A stretch of DNA of 64,000 nucleotides, from NCBI GenBank assembly GCA_963749495.1, contig CAVVMW010000022.1, positions 416,001-480,000 on the forward strand, read 5' to 3'. Shown piece by piece: positions 1 through 10,562 of this stretch. Position 1 is the first letter of the stretch; every line of letters begins with the position of its first letter. Source of the DNA: an uncultured bacterium. GTDB lineage: Bacteria > Verrucomicrobiota > Verrucomicrobiia > Limisphaerales > UBA8199. The notes under the pieces were generated by a model. The model was not told where the DNA came from. It saw only the letters and a list, made by a program, of their open reading frames with translations, and did no database searches. The position numbers were made by a program, and so were the translations under genes.

Positions 1-359
1 CGCTGCTCTCGCCCGGGGGCGTGCCGGTCTTCCTGGCGGCCGTCGCCAAGAGCAACCTCTGCATCCTGGCCCTGCTCCTGCTCGCCTGGACCACGCCGTT
101 CCCCGAGCTCCTCCAGGCCCTCCGGCGCCTGCGGCTGCCGCCGGTGATGCTAACCACCCTGGCCCTGATGTATCGTTACCTGCCGGTCCTGGCTGAGGAG
201 GCGCGGCGAATGGAACGTGCCCGCGCCAGCCGCACCTTTTGCCGCAGCCGCCGCGTGGCATGGCAACAGCTCGGCGCCATTGTCGGACATCTCTTTGTCC
301 GGACCGCCGACCGCGCGGAGCGGATTTACCTGGCCATGTGCGCAAGGGGGTGGAGATGA
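1..359 (+). CDS. cbiQ: ECF transporter transmembrane T component (CbiQ/NikQ), 5'-truncated by the window edge
   Basis: LMYRYL..EEARRMERARASR and RAERIYLAMCARG motifs typical of EcfT/CbiQ; followed by an ECF ATPase. Confidence 0.9.
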   Translation, partial: LLSPGGVPVFLAAVAKSNLCILALLLLAWTTPFPELLQALRRLRLPPVMLTTLALMYRYLPVLAEEARRMERARASRTFCRSRRVAWQQLGAIVGHLFVRTADRAERIYLAMCARGWR

Positions 360-383
360 GGACGCAGGGCGGAGGCTCCGAGG

Positions 384-456
384 CGTCCGACCCGTCCGAC
401 CCGTCCGACCCGTCCGACCAGCACAGGATGGAATGACGAATGACGAATGACGAATG
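384..456. repeat. Short tandem repeats: (CGTCCGACC)x4, then (GAATGAC)x3
   Basis: Read directly; the GAATGAC heptamer recurs at ~47314-47345. Confidence 0.9.
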
Positions 457-1252
457 CATAGAACAGAGGACGGAGGGCGGAGGGGGGGCAGGGCAGGGGA
501 GTGTGCCGGCGCTGAGTGTGAGTGACCTGTCCTATTGCTACCGGCCGGGCCGGCTGGTGCTGGACAAGATTTCTTTCGCGGTGGCACCGGGCGAGTGTCT
601 CGGGGTCCTGGGGCCAAACGGCGCAGGCAAGTCCACGCTGCTGCTGCACTTGAACGGCCTGCTGCCCGAGCACCCGCCCAGGCAACCCAGCATCTGGGTC
701 CAGAGCCAGCCGCTGGTGGCGGGCGCACTGGAGATCGTGCGCCAGCGCGTGGGCCTCCTGTTCCAGGACCCGGACGACCAGCTTATCTCGGCATCGGTCT
801 TCGAAGATGTCGCCTTCGGCCCCCGGCAATTGGGCGTGGGCGGTCCCGAGTTGGACGCCCTGGTAGCAGGCTGCCTCGGGATGGTGGGCCTGCGGGGCTT
901 TGAAGATCGCGCCCCCCACCGTCTCAGTCACGGCGAGAAGCGGCGCGTCTGTCTGGCGGGCGTTCTGGCCTGCAAACCGAGCGTGCTCGTGCTCGACGAG
1001 CCGACCAGCGACTTGGACCCGCGCGGGCGCCGGGAGTTCAAGGCCCTGCTGCGCTCGTTGCCGGGCGCAAAAATCATCGCCACCCACGACCTCGAACTGG
1101 TGGTCGACCTCTGCTCGCGCGCGCTCATCCTGGACGAAGGCCGGCTCGTCGCCGAGGGTCCAGCCATCCCGCTGCTCTCGGACGAGGAGTTGATGCTCGC
1201 CCACGGCCTGGAACGACCCCATAGCCTGCTCCACAGGCATCCGCACCGGTAG
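440..1252 (+). CDS. cbiO: ECF/cobalt ABC transporter ATP-binding protein (true start possibly GTG 503)
   Basis: Walker A GPNGAGKST, FQDPDDQL Q-loop, LSHGEKRR signature, LVLDEPT Walker B. Confidence 0.92.
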   Translation: MTNDECIEQRTEGGGGAGQGSVPALSVSDLSYCYRPGRLVLDKISFAVAPGECLGVLGPNGAGKSTLLLHLNGLLPEHPPRQPSIWVQSQPLVAGALEIVRQRVGLLFQDPDDQLISASVFEDVAFGPRQLGVGGPELDALVAGCLGMVGLRGFEDRAPHRLSHGEKRRVCLAGVLACKPSVLVLDEPTSDLDPRGRREFKALLRSLPGAKIIATHDLELVVDLCSRALILDEGRLVAEGPAIPLLSDEELMLAHGLERPHSLLHRHPHR

Positions 1253-1318
1253 GCCCCGCCATGTCGAACCGGGCATGGGGACCATGAACAGGAAGGGCGT
1301 CGGGTGGGCGCGAGAGCG

Positions 1319-1396
1319 TTTTGGACTGCGCCAGTCCTCTGGCGCCTTTCGGAGCCTGGGGACGCGAAAGCGCCAGAGGACTGGCGCAGTCCAAAA
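1319..1396. repeat. Palindromic REP-like element (family A)
   Basis: TTTTGGACTGCGCCAGTCCTCTGGCGC...GCGCCAGAGGACTGGCGCAGTCCAAAA; second copy at 54930-55007, half copy at 46880-46905. Confidence 0.9.
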
Positions 1397-1537
1397 CCTC
1401 CGGCCCTCTCGACGGTCAGGCGGCCATCCTGGGCCGCCACGCTCCCACACTCAGTGTTCTCCTGCTGCGCGTCCCTTGAGTGGGTTTCCTTTCCTAATTT
1501 CCTTTCCAGAGACGGTTTTTGCCGTAAGTTCCTGGCC

Positions 1538-2839
1538 GTGACCTTGAGCGAGCAAATGAGCGAGTTGGCCAGGCAGGCCAAGGCGGCGTCGCGCGCCCTG
1601 GCGAGGCTGACGACCGCGGAAAAGAACGGCTGCCTGCTGGCCATGGCCGGGGCGCTGGAGCGCGAGGCCGGGCTCATCCAGGCCGCCAACGCGCGCGATA
1701 TGGAGACCGGCGCCCGGATGGGCCTGACGGCCGCGATGCTCGACCGGCTCAGGCTGGACGAGCGGCGCATCGGCGGGATGGCCAAGGGCTTGCGCGAGGT
1801 CGCCGCGCTGCCCGACCCGGTCGGGCGGGTGCTCGATGAGCGTGTCCGTCCCAACGGGCTTAGGCTGCGGAAGGTCTCCACTCCCATCGGCGTGGTCGTC
1901 ATCATCTATGAATCGCGTCCGAACGTTACTGCGGATGCCGGGAGCCTCTGTTTCAAGTCGGGCAACGCCGTCATCCTGCGCGGGGGCAAGGAGGCCCTGA
2001 ACTCGAACCAGGCCATCGCCCGCACCCTCATCGCCGCCGGCCGCCAAGCGCTGCCCGCGTTTCCCGAGCACGCCATCCAGGTCGTCCCCACACCCGACCG
2101 CGAGGCGATCCGGGAACTGCTCGCCCTTACCCAATACGTGGACCTGTGCATGCCGCGGGGGGGCGAGGGCCTCATCCGGGCCGTCGCCGAATGCTCGAAG
2201 GTGCCTGTCATCAAGCATTACAAGGGCGTCTGCCACGTCTATGTTGATGCCGATGCGGACCTGGAGATGGCCGAGCAAATCGCGATGAACGCCAAGGTGC
2301 AGCGCCCGGCCGTCTGCAATGCCATGGAGACGCTGCTGGTGGACCGGGCCGTCGCGTCCCGGTTCCTGCCCGCCATCGCCCGCAGGCTCGCCGAGAAAGG
2401 CGTCGAGGTGCGCGCCGACCCCATCGCGCTGAGCCTCCTGGCGCCCAAGCCCTCGGCCCAGCCCGGCCCTTCACCCGTGCTCAAGCTCAAGCCTGCCGCC
2501 GAGGGGGACTTTTTCAACGAGTACAACGACTACATCCTCAACGTGCGGGTGGTGGATGGGCTCCGGCAGGCCATCGACCACATCAACCATTACGGCTCGG
2601 CCCATTCGGACAGCATCGTGACGCGCAACGAGTCCCGCGCGCAGCAATTCCTCAACGAAGTGGACTCCGCCGCCGTTTATTGGAATGCCTCGACGCGGTT
2701 CACCGACGGCGGCGAGTTCGGCATGGGGGCCGAGATCGGCATCAGCACCGACAAGGTTGGCGCCCGCGGCCCGATGGGTCTCCAGGAGTTGACAACCTAC
2801 AAATGGCTGGGCATCGGGTGCGGCCAGGTGCGGACATGA
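1538..2839 (+). CDS. proA: Gamma-glutamyl phosphate reductase
   Basis: IIYESRPNVT, KSGNAVILRGGKEA, CNAMETLLV, NASTRFTDGGEFGMGAEIGIST motifs. Confidence 0.97.
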   Translation: MTLSEQMSELARQAKAASRALARLTTAEKNGCLLAMAGALEREAGLIQAANARDMETGARMGLTAAMLDRLRLDERRIGGMAKGLREVAALPDPVGRVLDERVRPNGLRLRKVSTPIGVVVIIYESRPNVTADAGSLCFKSGNAVILRGGKEALNSNQAIARTLIAAGRQALPAFPEHAIQVVPTPDREAIRELLALTQYVDLCMPRGGEGLIRAVAECSKVPVIKHYKGVCHVYVDADADLEMAEQIAMNAKVQRPAVCNAMETLLVDRAVASRFLPAIARRLAEKGVEVRADPIALSLLAPKPSAQPGPSPVLKLKPAAEGDFFNEYNDYILNVRVVDGLRQAIDHINHYGSAHSDSIVTRNESRAQQFLNEVDSAAVYWNASTRFTDGGEFGMGAEIGISTDKVGARGPMGLQELTTYKWLGIGCGQVRT

Positions 2840-2959
2840 TGGATCCGTAGTCACCCGTGTTAAAGTTCCCGGAGTTCGTTCGGCCAAATCCAATCAAATA
2901 GGTTCCCTTATGTTTGGGATTGAGGCGGAGGCTCCTGTTGTGGCGCCGGGCAGGACCAA

Positions 2960-3050
2960 GGATGAATCGCGCTTTCAGCGCTCCAGATGATTATCCGCGG
3001 ATGTTCCCAGGGCGTTGCCCTGGGCTGGTATGAGGGACGCCGTTGGCGTC
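2960..3050. repeat. REP-like palindromic element (family B)
   Basis: CCCAGGGCGTTGCCCTGGG hairpin; related to the repeats at 60540-61100. Confidence 0.65.
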
Positions 3051-3166
3051 CAGAGCACCCACCGCCCCTTCCATCGTGCATGCGGAGAATTCTATCGTGC
3101 GCCCCTGAGGTTTCTTGGGGCCAAAGCGAACTTGCCCCGCAGGCTCCGGTAGCCTACTCTCTGGTC

Positions 3167-3385
3167 ATGGTTATCGTCAGATTTCCAGACGAAGCGACGC
3201 TCAAGAGAGCCCTGTCCTTTCTGATCGGCCGATACTCGGGCCATTCGTGGGCAACCGGCGAGGTTGCCATTCCCGAAGAAGCATTGGCGCCGATGGCCTC
3301 GGAGGGGATCACTTTCACCGTCGAAGGACGCGCCACTCATGAGCGCATATTGTCGCTTCGAAATACTCCTGCCGTTGCAGTATAA
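3167..3385 (+). CDS. Small hypothetical protein (72 aa)
   Basis: MVIVRFPDEATLKRAL... compact ORF overlapping the next gene. Confidence 0.65.
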   Translation: MVIVRFPDEATLKRALSFLIGRYSGHSWATGEVAIPEEALAPMASEGITFTVEGRATHERILSLRNTPAVAV

Positions 3386-3656
3386 CGACGGCCGCCCCGT
3401 TCCGCGCGAGATCCTGGCGGAGACCGCCATCGAGGTTCAGCGCCGGTTCGGTGGAGTCTCCTGGGAATCGCAGGTGATTGAGGGCATTTGGCAACGCGGG
3501 GGCGTGGAGTATCGCGACAACCTGAACCGTTTTTTCGTTGATACTCAGGATACGCCGGAAAACAGGCGCTTTTTTACGGAGCTAAAGGCCCGGTTGAAAG
3601 CGCGCCTCGAACAATTGGACGTATGGCTGACTGTCCATCCTATTGAAGTGCTTTGA
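3339..3656 (+). CDS. Small hypothetical protein (105 aa)
   Basis: MSAYCRFEILLPLQYNDG...; protein-like composition, coupled to the upstream ORF. Confidence 0.75.
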   Translation: MSAYCRFEILLPLQYNDGRPVPREILAETAIEVQRRFGGVSWESQVIEGIWQRGGVEYRDNLNRFFVDTQDTPENRRFFTELKARLKARLEQLDVWLTVHPIEVL

Positions 3657-3676
3657 AGTCCGGGTTCCCGTTGATT

Positions 3677-5011
3677 ATGCTGGCGCCTGCGACAGACCTC
3701 TCCGAGGCCGAGCGCGCCCGGTTGGTGCGCCAGCGCCTGCCAGCGGGGGGCCTGTTCGCCGGGCACGAGTGGCGCATCTCACCTGAGCCGTTTCCGCTCG
3801 CGCCTGCGCTGGTCCAAGACATCGAGTCGCTCGGGCGCGTGCTGCTCCAGTTCTATCGCGCGGTCAATCTGCTCTACCGGAGGAGCGCCGAGGGCAAGCA
3901 ACCCGAATGGGTCGCGCGCTGGCTGGACCAGGGCAAGCCTGCCGGCCTGATCAGGCTGCAGCGCCTGGCTGCCTTCAAGAACCAGGTGCCGCGCGTCATC
4001 CGCCCCGACCTCCTCATCACCGAGGAGGGCATGAGCGTGACCGAATTGGACTCAGTGCCCGGCGGCATCGGCCTGACGGCGTGGCTCAACCGCACCTACT
4101 CGGACCTGGGCGGCGCAGTCCTGGGCGGGTCCGAGGGGATGCTGCGCGGATTTGCCGGCATCTTCGGCGATGCCCCGGCGGTGCACATCGTCGTCTCCGA
4201 AGAGGCCGCCACTTACCGGCCCGAGATGGCCTGGATGGCGGCCAACCTCGACCCGTCCCGGTTCAAGGTCCAGGACGCACGCTTCACGGGGGTTGGCGAT
4301 GGCGACGCGGTCTATCGTTTCTTCGAGTTGTTCGATCTCGACAATGTGCCGGCGGCCAAGACCATCTTCGACCTCGCCGCCTCCAGGCGCATCCTGCTCA
4401 CCCCGCCCCCCAAGCCGCTGTTCGAGGAGAAGATGCTCTTTGCCCTGCTGTGGAACCGCAACCTGCAGGAGTTCTGGCGTCAGGAGCTGGGCCAGGGCTT
4501 TTTCAAACGGCTTCTGGGGCTGGTGCCTTACACCTGGCTGGTTGACCCCGCCCCGTTGCCGCCCCATGGCGCAATCCCGGAGTTGAACCTGACCGATTGG
4601 CGCCAGCTCAAGGGCCTCTCGCACAAAGAGCGCCACCTCATTCTAAAGGTCTCCGGTTTCTCGCCCCATGCCTGGGGCGCCCGCGGAGTCTATCTTGGCT
4701 CGGACCTCCCCCACGCGGACTGGGCCGCCGCGGTGGACGCCGCCCTGGCCGCGTTCGGCCGCACGCCCTGCGTGCTGCAGCGCTATCACAAGCCGGGTCT
4801 GGTCGAGGCCCGGTGGTTCGATTTCGGCCGCGGCGCGCTCATCCCCATCAAAGGCCGCGCCCGCCTCTGCCCTTACTATTTCGTCCTCGGAGAGTCCGAC
4901 GCCGCGCGCGCCCACCTGGGCGGCGTCCTGGCCACGATCTGCCCCGCCGACAAGAAGATCATCCACGGCATGACGGAGGCCATCTTCGCCCCGTGCGCTG
5001 CGCTGCAATGA
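3677..5011 (+). CDS. ATP-grasp-like protein (glutathionylspermidine synthase-like)
   Basis: VIRPDLL...TELDSVPGG, ILKVSGFS..AWGARGV, VLQRY motifs resemble circularly permuted ATP-grasp ligases. Confidence 0.6.
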   Translation: MLAPATDLSEAERARLVRQRLPAGGLFAGHEWRISPEPFPLAPALVQDIESLGRVLLQFYRAVNLLYRRSAEGKQPEWVARWLDQGKPAGLIRLQRLAAFKNQVPRVIRPDLLITEEGMSVTELDSVPGGIGLTAWLNRTYSDLGGAVLGGSEGMLRGFAGIFGDAPAVHIVVSEEAATYRPEMAWMAANLDPSRFKVQDARFTGVGDGDAVYRFFELFDLDNVPAAKTIFDLAASRRILLTPPPKPLFEEKMLFALLWNRNLQEFWRQELGQGFFKRLLGLVPYTWLVDPAPLPPHGAIPELNLTDWRQLKGLSHKERHLILKVSGFSPHAWGARGVYLGSDLPHADWAAAVDAALAAFGRTPCVLQRYHKPGLVEARWFDFGRGALIPIKGRARLCPYYFVLGESDAARAHLGGVLATICPADKKIIHGMTEAIFAPCAALQ

Positions 5012-5674
5012 GCCTGCTCGAATACATCTTTCTGGCCTCCAGTTCGCTCTTTGTCATCGTTGACCCGCTGGCAACGGTGCCCGCCTTCCTGGCGATGACC
5101 CCAACCGACTCACCCGAGCAGCGCATCAAGATGGCCCGCTTGGCCTGTTGGATCACGGCGGGCGTTCTCATCGGGTTCTCGGCCGCCGGCAAGTGGATTT
5201 TCAGATACCTGGGCATCACCATGCCCGCCTTCCAGATCGCCGCCAGCATCGTCCTGTTCCTGGTTTCCCTCGATATGTTGCGCGCCCGCCGCTCCCGCGT
5301 CCATGAAACGTTCCGAAGAAACCGCCGCAGGCGCCGAAAAGACCGACATTGCCGTCGCGCCGCTGGCTATCCCGATGCTGGCTGGGCCGGGGGCCATCTC
5401 GACCGCCATCCTTCTCCACAACCAGGCCGCCGGCGCAGGCAGCCGCGCCCCGCTCTATATTGCGGCGCTCTATGTCTGCATCCTGGCCGTCTGCCTGGCC
5501 ACCTACATCATCCTGCGCCTCTCCGCCCGCGGCGCCCAATGGCTCAGCCCCATCGCCCTGAACATCACCGCCCGCATCATGGGCCTGCTCCTGGCCGCCG
5601 TCGCCATCCAGTTCATGCTCAACGCCCTCAACGAGATCAGCCCCGGCACATTCCCCAAACCCGCCTTCCCGTAG
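5008..5674 (+). CDS. marC: MarC family membrane protein, frameshift near 5310
   Basis: LFVIVDPL..VPAFL in one frame; IAVAPLAIPMLAGPGAI and RIMGLLLAAVAIQF in another. Confidence 0.9.
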
Positions 5675-5676
5675 CA

Positions 5677-7293
5677 ATGTCCGAATCGCGCTCGAAAAAG
5701 GGCCTCCGCTGGTGGCCCGCCGCATCAGTCCTCGTCCTGGGCGGCACTACAACGCTCTGGCTGCTGGCGCGCGGCGGCTGGTCCTTCCAGACGCGCAACC
5801 TCCAGATACTCGCGGCCTGGTTCGTTGCATTTCTCCTGCTCCTGGTCTGGTGGCTTGCCGCTTCGCGCGCACCGTGGCGCCTGCGGCTGGGCCTGGCGGC
5901 CGTGCTCGCTGCCGCCATCGGCCTGACGGCGGCGCTCTTTCGCATCAAGGGAGTCAGCGGCAACCTGGTGCCTATCCTCGAGCCCCGCTGGGCGCGCTCC
6001 GTCTCGCTTTCCCTTCCAGAGCCCGCTGTCACCCCTGATTCCGGCCCTCCGTCCTCCGTCCTCGATTTCCCCCAGTACCTCGGTCCCAACCGCACGGCCC
6101 TGCTTGACGCCCCGGCGCTCGAACGCGAGTGGAAGGCCAGCCCCCCGCGACTGCTATGGCGCCAGCCCATCGGCCCCGCCTGGTCCGGGTGGGCCATCGT
6201 CGGCACTCGCGCCTTCACCCAGGAACAGCGTCCCCAGGGCGAGGCCAGCACCTGCTACGACCTGCTCACCGGCCGCCTGCTCTGGGCGCACTCCGAGCCG
6301 GTCCATTATCACACCACCCTGGCTGGCGAGGGTCCGCGCTGCACCCCCACTGTCGTGAGCAACCGCGTCTTTACGCTTGGCGCCACCGGCATTCTCAACT
6401 GCCTCGACCTGGCCACGGGCCGGCAGCTTTGGTCCCGCAATATTGTGGAAGACGCAGGAAGCAAAGTGCCGGAGTGGGGTTTCGCCGGCTCCCCACTGGC
6501 CTTTGACGGAATAGTCGTCGTCAGCGCCGGCGGTTCCCCCGACCGCTCTCTGCTCGCTTATCGCCAGGACACCGGCCAACTCGCCTGGTCCGGCGGCAGC
6601 CAACGGGTCAATTACGGGTCCTCGTTTCTTGCCACCCTGGCCGGCCGGCGGCAAGTGCTGGCGTTCAATTCACACGAGATTACCTCCCACGACCCTGTCT
6701 CGGGCCGGGTGCTGTGGGAATACCCTTGGGGCATTGGCGAACCCCAGGCGGCCGTGCCCGTGGTGGTCGGCACCGACCGCGTCCTGTTCTCCAGCGGCTA
6801 CGGCGTCGGCAGCGAATTGCTCCAAGTCCAGCCCGGCAGCGACGGGGCACTGACCGCCCGCCGGCTTTGGAAGTCGACAAAGATGAAGGCCAAATTCGCC
6901 AACCTCGTCCAGCGGGACGGGTTCCTCTACGGCCTGGACGACGGAGTCCTGGCTTGCCTGGACCTCAACGACGGCTCGCAGCCCTGGAGGGGCGCCCGCT
7001 ATGGGCACGGCCAGGGACTCCTGGTCCGCGACCTCCTCCTGCTCATGGCCGAAAACGGCGAGTTGGTCCTGCTCCACCCGACGCCCCAATCGCCCGGCGA
7101 ACTCCATCGTTTCAGGGTGTTCCGTGGCAAGACGTGGAACCCGATCGCCCTCTCGGGCGACCTGCTCCTGGCGCGCACCGACCAGGAAGCCGCCTGCCTC
7201 CGCCTCCCGGTCCAAACTGCTGCCCGGCCTGCGCCCCCGCAGCCCGCACGCCAAGAGCGCCGACAGGGTGCATCTGAGATGTACCACCATTGA
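5677..7293 (+). CDS. Membrane-anchored PQQ-binding-like beta-propeller protein
   Basis: Three N-terminal TM segments, FPQYLGPNR, repeated CLDL.TG..LW blades, KTWNPIAL C-terminus. Confidence 0.9.
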   Translation: MSESRSKKGLRWWPAASVLVLGGTTTLWLLARGGWSFQTRNLQILAAWFVAFLLLLVWWLAASRAPWRLRLGLAAVLAAAIGLTAALFRIKGVSGNLVPILEPRWARSVSLSLPEPAVTPDSGPPSSVLDFPQYLGPNRTALLDAPALEREWKASPPRLLWRQPIGPAWSGWAIVGTRAFTQEQRPQGEASTCYDLLTGRLLWAHSEPVHYHTTLAGEGPRCTPTVVSNRVFTLGATGILNCLDLATGRQLWSRNIVEDAGSKVPEWGFAGSPLAFDGIVVVSAGGSPDRSLLAYRQDTGQLAWSGGSQRVNYGSSFLATLAGRRQVLAFNSHEITSHDPVSGRVLWEYPWGIGEPQAAVPVVVGTDRVLFSSGYGVGSELLQVQPGSDGALTARRLWKSTKMKAKFANLVQRDGFLYGLDDGVLACLDLNDGSQPWRGARYGHGQGLLVRDLLLLMAENGELVLLHPTPQSPGELHRFRVFRGKTWNPIALSGDLLLARTDQEAACLRLPVQTAARPAPPQPARQERRQGASEMYHH

Positions 7294-7329
7294 ACGGGAG
7301 AACGGGGGGCATGACTCCATCCCGTCGAA

Positions 7330-7555
7330 CTCATCCCGGAGGGATGAAAGAAGGTAGTCTTCTGAGCGTAGCGAGACCCCCGGTAAGGCAACGGCAGATG
7401 TCTGCATCCCGGGGGGATGCCAGAAACGGGTGCGAGCCACGCCGTGCGGCTTCTGGCACCCCGTTCCGGGGTGCATGACCTCCTCTCGCTGCCAACCGGG
7501 GGTCGCGAGGGCGTCGCGACCCCCGGCTACCCTCTGGCAACCCTCCGGGTTGCGG
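7330..7555. repeat. Composite palindromic REP-like element
   Basis: CATCCCGGAGGGATG, GCATCCCGGGGGGATGC and CCGGGGGTCGCGA...TCGCGACCCCCGG hairpins. Confidence 0.65.
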
Positions 7556-7694
7556 CGCACGCGCACCGCCTTGGGTACGTCCGCTCCTGTGCCTGGGGTG
7601 GTGCAGGCAAGCTGCGCCGGGCGCCGACAAATCCTCCAAGAAATCGCTTGCGCTCTGGGCAAGGCAGGGCATTATTATCCCGCCTGCTGGAGAT

Positions 7695-7771
<77 letters not shown>

Positions 7772-7940
7772 ATTTGCCCCCTGCAACTTACGCAGTTGCA
7801 GGGGTTCCGTCATTTGGCCCCAACCCGAGCCAAAACCCATGGAACCCCATGAAAACCCATGAAACTCGAGAAAATCTTGCTACAATCTTGCTACAGAATT
7901 TGGGGGTTTACGGCCCGTTTTCTCGATCACCAGCGGCAAC

Positions 7941-8195
7941 ATGAGACCAACCCGAACCCAACGGCCGATTGTCCATGGCGAGTACAACCACAACGGCTAT
8001 GAAATCTGGTGTGGTGGGCAGGTCGTTTACTCGGCCGGCAACCACGTCCAGGATTCAACTCAACACGCCACGACCAAACAGGATCGCCTTCCATTAAAAA
8101 CCATCCGGAGGTTCTGCATCAAGACCGCCCACGAGATTGCCGAGGAGCAGAACGGGACCTTTGGCGGGGTGGAGCAGGTAGAGGAGGAACGATGA
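7941..8195 (+). CDS. Hypothetical protein
   Basis: 84-aa ORF, ATGA-coupled to the next gene. Confidence 0.7.
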   Translation: MRPTRTQRPIVHGEYNHNGYEIWCGGQVVYSAGNHVQDSTQHATTKQDRLPLKTIRRFCIKTAHEIAEEQNGTFGGVEQVEEER

Positions 8196-8431
8196 AAATC
8201 AACAAAGTCACCTGTGGATTCGTCATTCAGACCTGGGATACGGACCTGAAGAAGTGGACTGGGCAGGAATTTGTGGCCGGAGACCTGACAGAATATGAAC
8301 AGGAAGGCACCGGGCGAATTCTTGGCCCCGGTGAAATCTGGCCCGACACGCCTGAACCGTACCTGCCCTTCCTCATGGTGCAGCCGGAAGACATTGCCAA
8401 AGAGCAAGGTGAAAGCAGCAGCACCGCCTGA
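8192..8431 (+). CDS. Hypothetical protein
   Basis: GAGGAGG RBS; MKINKVTCGFVIQTWD... Confidence 0.75.
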   Translation: MKINKVTCGFVIQTWDTDLKKWTGQEFVAGDLTEYEQEGTGRILGPGEIWPDTPEPYLPFLMVQPEDIAKEQGESSSTA

Positions 8432-8498
8432 ATTGTCCCGTCAGAAGTGTGGCGGGAGTTCACTTGCATCAAAGTCAACCATCAACCACAATCAGACC

Positions 8499-8672
8499 AT
8501 GGAAAAGAAGACGAAGACCGTTCAGTTCGAAAAAGAGAAAGACACCAAGAACACCGTGAAGTTCGCCGAGGTCCAGACCCAAGGCGAAGCTCCCATCATC
8601 GGCAGCCTCTACGTCCAGAAATGGTTCGCCGGGGATGCCACCAAACTGAAAGTCACGGTCGAGGTGGAGTAG
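8499..8672 (+). CDS. Small beta-rich hypothetical protein (57 aa)
   Basis: MEKKTKTVQFEKEKDTKNTVKF...LYVQKW; consistent codon usage. Confidence 0.7.
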   Translation: MEKKTKTVQFEKEKDTKNTVKFAEVQTQGEAPIIGSLYVQKWFAGDATKLKVTVEVE

Positions 8673-8756
8673 CCGAGACCGAAATCAAAACCAACCGACC
8701 AGAGGCGGGTACTAACAATGCCCGCCTCTTGCCGTCATGAACCAAAGGCAAGAACA

Positions 8757-8954
8757 ATGACACCAGACCAAAAACTCGAACGCGCCCTATCTCTGCTCGC
8801 AGAAACCACAACGGTAGTGCGCGACCTCTTCTGCGGCTATCCGCCTCGAGAATGTGGCACGCACCCGGTGGATTGCGTGACTCAGAACAGGGAGTTCTTT
8901 GAATCCATCGGCGAACTCGGAGACGAAATGCGCGAAACCTGGACAATCCAATGA
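8757..8954 (+). CDS. Hypothetical protein
   Basis: ORF coupled to the next by ATGA overlap. Confidence 0.6.
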   Translation: MTPDQKLERALSLLAETTTVVRDLFCGYPPRECGTHPVDCVTQNREFFESIGELGDEMRETWTIQ

Positions 8955-9190
8955 CCGACCGAACATTCCACCGCACCATCATCCAGGTCGAGGTACTCTC
9001 CGAATCCCCTATCGGTCCGGTCGCCTTGGACACGCTGCACCACATGATCACGGAAGGGGACTGCTCTGGGAAGTTGACCACGGTGCTTGAGGAGGAGTTA
9101 AACGGAAAACAGGCCGCCGAGGCTCTGCTCAACCAGGCCAGCGATCCCTCGTTTTTCAACCTGACGGAGGACGGCCATGACCTTGACTGA
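8951..9190 (+). CDS. Hypothetical protein
   Basis: MTDRTFHRTIIQVEVLSE...; part of the coupled array. Confidence 0.7.
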   Translation: MTDRTFHRTIIQVEVLSESPIGPVALDTLHHMITEGDCSGKLTTVLEEELNGKQAAEALLNQASDPSFFNLTEDGHDLD

Positions 9191-9431
9191 CGAAACCGAA
9201 ACGACCAGGCGAGCACTTTTGGTCCGCATCAATTCAGAGGCTGCCGAACGTGCTACCCTGGAAACTCGACATGGCCGGGTCTGGAATGGAGCTGAGTTGG
9301 CCACGGACTTCGACGTGCTGGGATTCGTTGCCCCGCTCGTTGTGGTGAAACGAAAAACAGACCGCAAACTGGGGTCACTCCTGTTCCAGCACCATCCCCG
9401 CTACCACTTCGCATTCAAGGAGGACAAATGA
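9177..9431 (+). CDS. Hypothetical protein (phage/ICE-like)
   Basis: GGAGG RBS; FDVLGFVAPLVVVKRK..GSLLFQHHPRYHF. Confidence 0.75.
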   Translation: MTLTDETETTRRALLVRINSEAAERATLETRHGRVWNGAELATDFDVLGFVAPLVVVKRKTDRKLGSLLFQHHPRYHFAFKEDK

Positions 9432-9715
9432 AACTGAAAATCATCACCTTCACCGTTCAAATCCAGGCCGACATCAACGAGCGGCCTGGCAGCAAAGAGA
9501 AAATCGCCACTGAACTCTGCGAGGACATCAACCGCATCCTCACCAAGTACGACGGGATGCTGGGTGGGGCGCAGATCATACCAAAACCCAATGACATCAA
9601 AATCACCTCGACGCCGAAGGATTACGGCCTCAAAACCCCGATCCTCGGCGCCGGGCATTCAGCGAAACGTTGCCTTTGTTCGGATTTTGGTTGCAACTCG
9701 CCGTCCATCTGCTAA
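9428..9715 (+). CDS. Hypothetical protein
   Basis: AGGAGG RBS, ATGA overlap. Confidence 0.65.
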   Translation: MKLKIITFTVQIQADINERPGSKEKIATELCEDINRILTKYDGMLGGAQIIPKPNDIKITSTPKDYGLKTPILGAGHSAKRCLCSDFGCNSPSIC

Positions 9716-9724
9716 TATCCTCGC

Positions 9725-10370
9725 ATGGCATCTGCAAAAATCTGTTATTGGTGTGGTGGAAAGGCGTCGTCCGTGGACCACGTGCCCTCGAAAGGGATAT
9801 TCCCTGCCAATAAGCGCACCAACCTTATCACGGTGCCAGCTTGCGAGGCGCACAATCAGCAATTGGGGAGGTTCGACGAGAAATTCCGGTTTTACCTCCA
9901 AGGCCGTGGGACAAACCTAGATGCGCTCCAGGAGTTCAAGACCACGACGTACCGAGGGCTCACGAACCCGAAGGCGTCCGGGTTGGTGAAAGGTTTGGCA
10001 AAGGGTGCTGTCCGGATCAAGTTAGGTTCGGCCTTCACCTACGCGCTCCAGATCAATCCTCATGAGCAAAACCTCTATTTCGAGAAGATTATCCGCGGTC
10101 TCTATTTCCACATCGTTGGCACCCCAGCCGGAGGAACGGCATTCAGCTTTTCCAAGGATTTCATGATGCCTGGGCTTGACTATGTCGAGTTGCACCGACT
10201 GCTCGATGAATATCTTAATGACCCTGCCTTCATGAAGGAGGCCAAGGTAGGAAACCCGGACATCTTTCGGTTCAGATATGGTCGCGCACGAGAAGATGAT
10301 CGTGAGATCTTCGTGGTCGCTATGCTCTTTCTATCAGGGGGTCGAGGTAATTGGCTGCCTCCAGAGATAG
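9725..10370 (+). CDS. HNH endonuclease-like protein; probable frameshift near 10330, so the ORF extension to 10765 is likely artefactual
   Basis: CYWCG...DHVPSK...LITVPACEAHN zinc/HNH motif. Confidence 0.7.
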
Positions 10371-10562
10371 AGCAGAGGGGAGCGACCAGCAGTTGGAGCA
10401 GAGCCGCTATTCTAGCGTGGGTGGAGTGCCATGGGTTGCGTGTGTACCTCTGCACCTACTATGGCACCGCAGTTGTTGTTCAGATGCCACAACCACCCGA
10501 AGGCGTCATAGAGCGCGAACCCCCAACGCCAAGCGGCCATGCAATCCGTGAACCTGGGTTGA

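Noticed and set aside
4597..7293. 898-aa MarC-PQQ fusion ORF
   Set aside because: Produced by the marC frameshift; two separate genes explain it.
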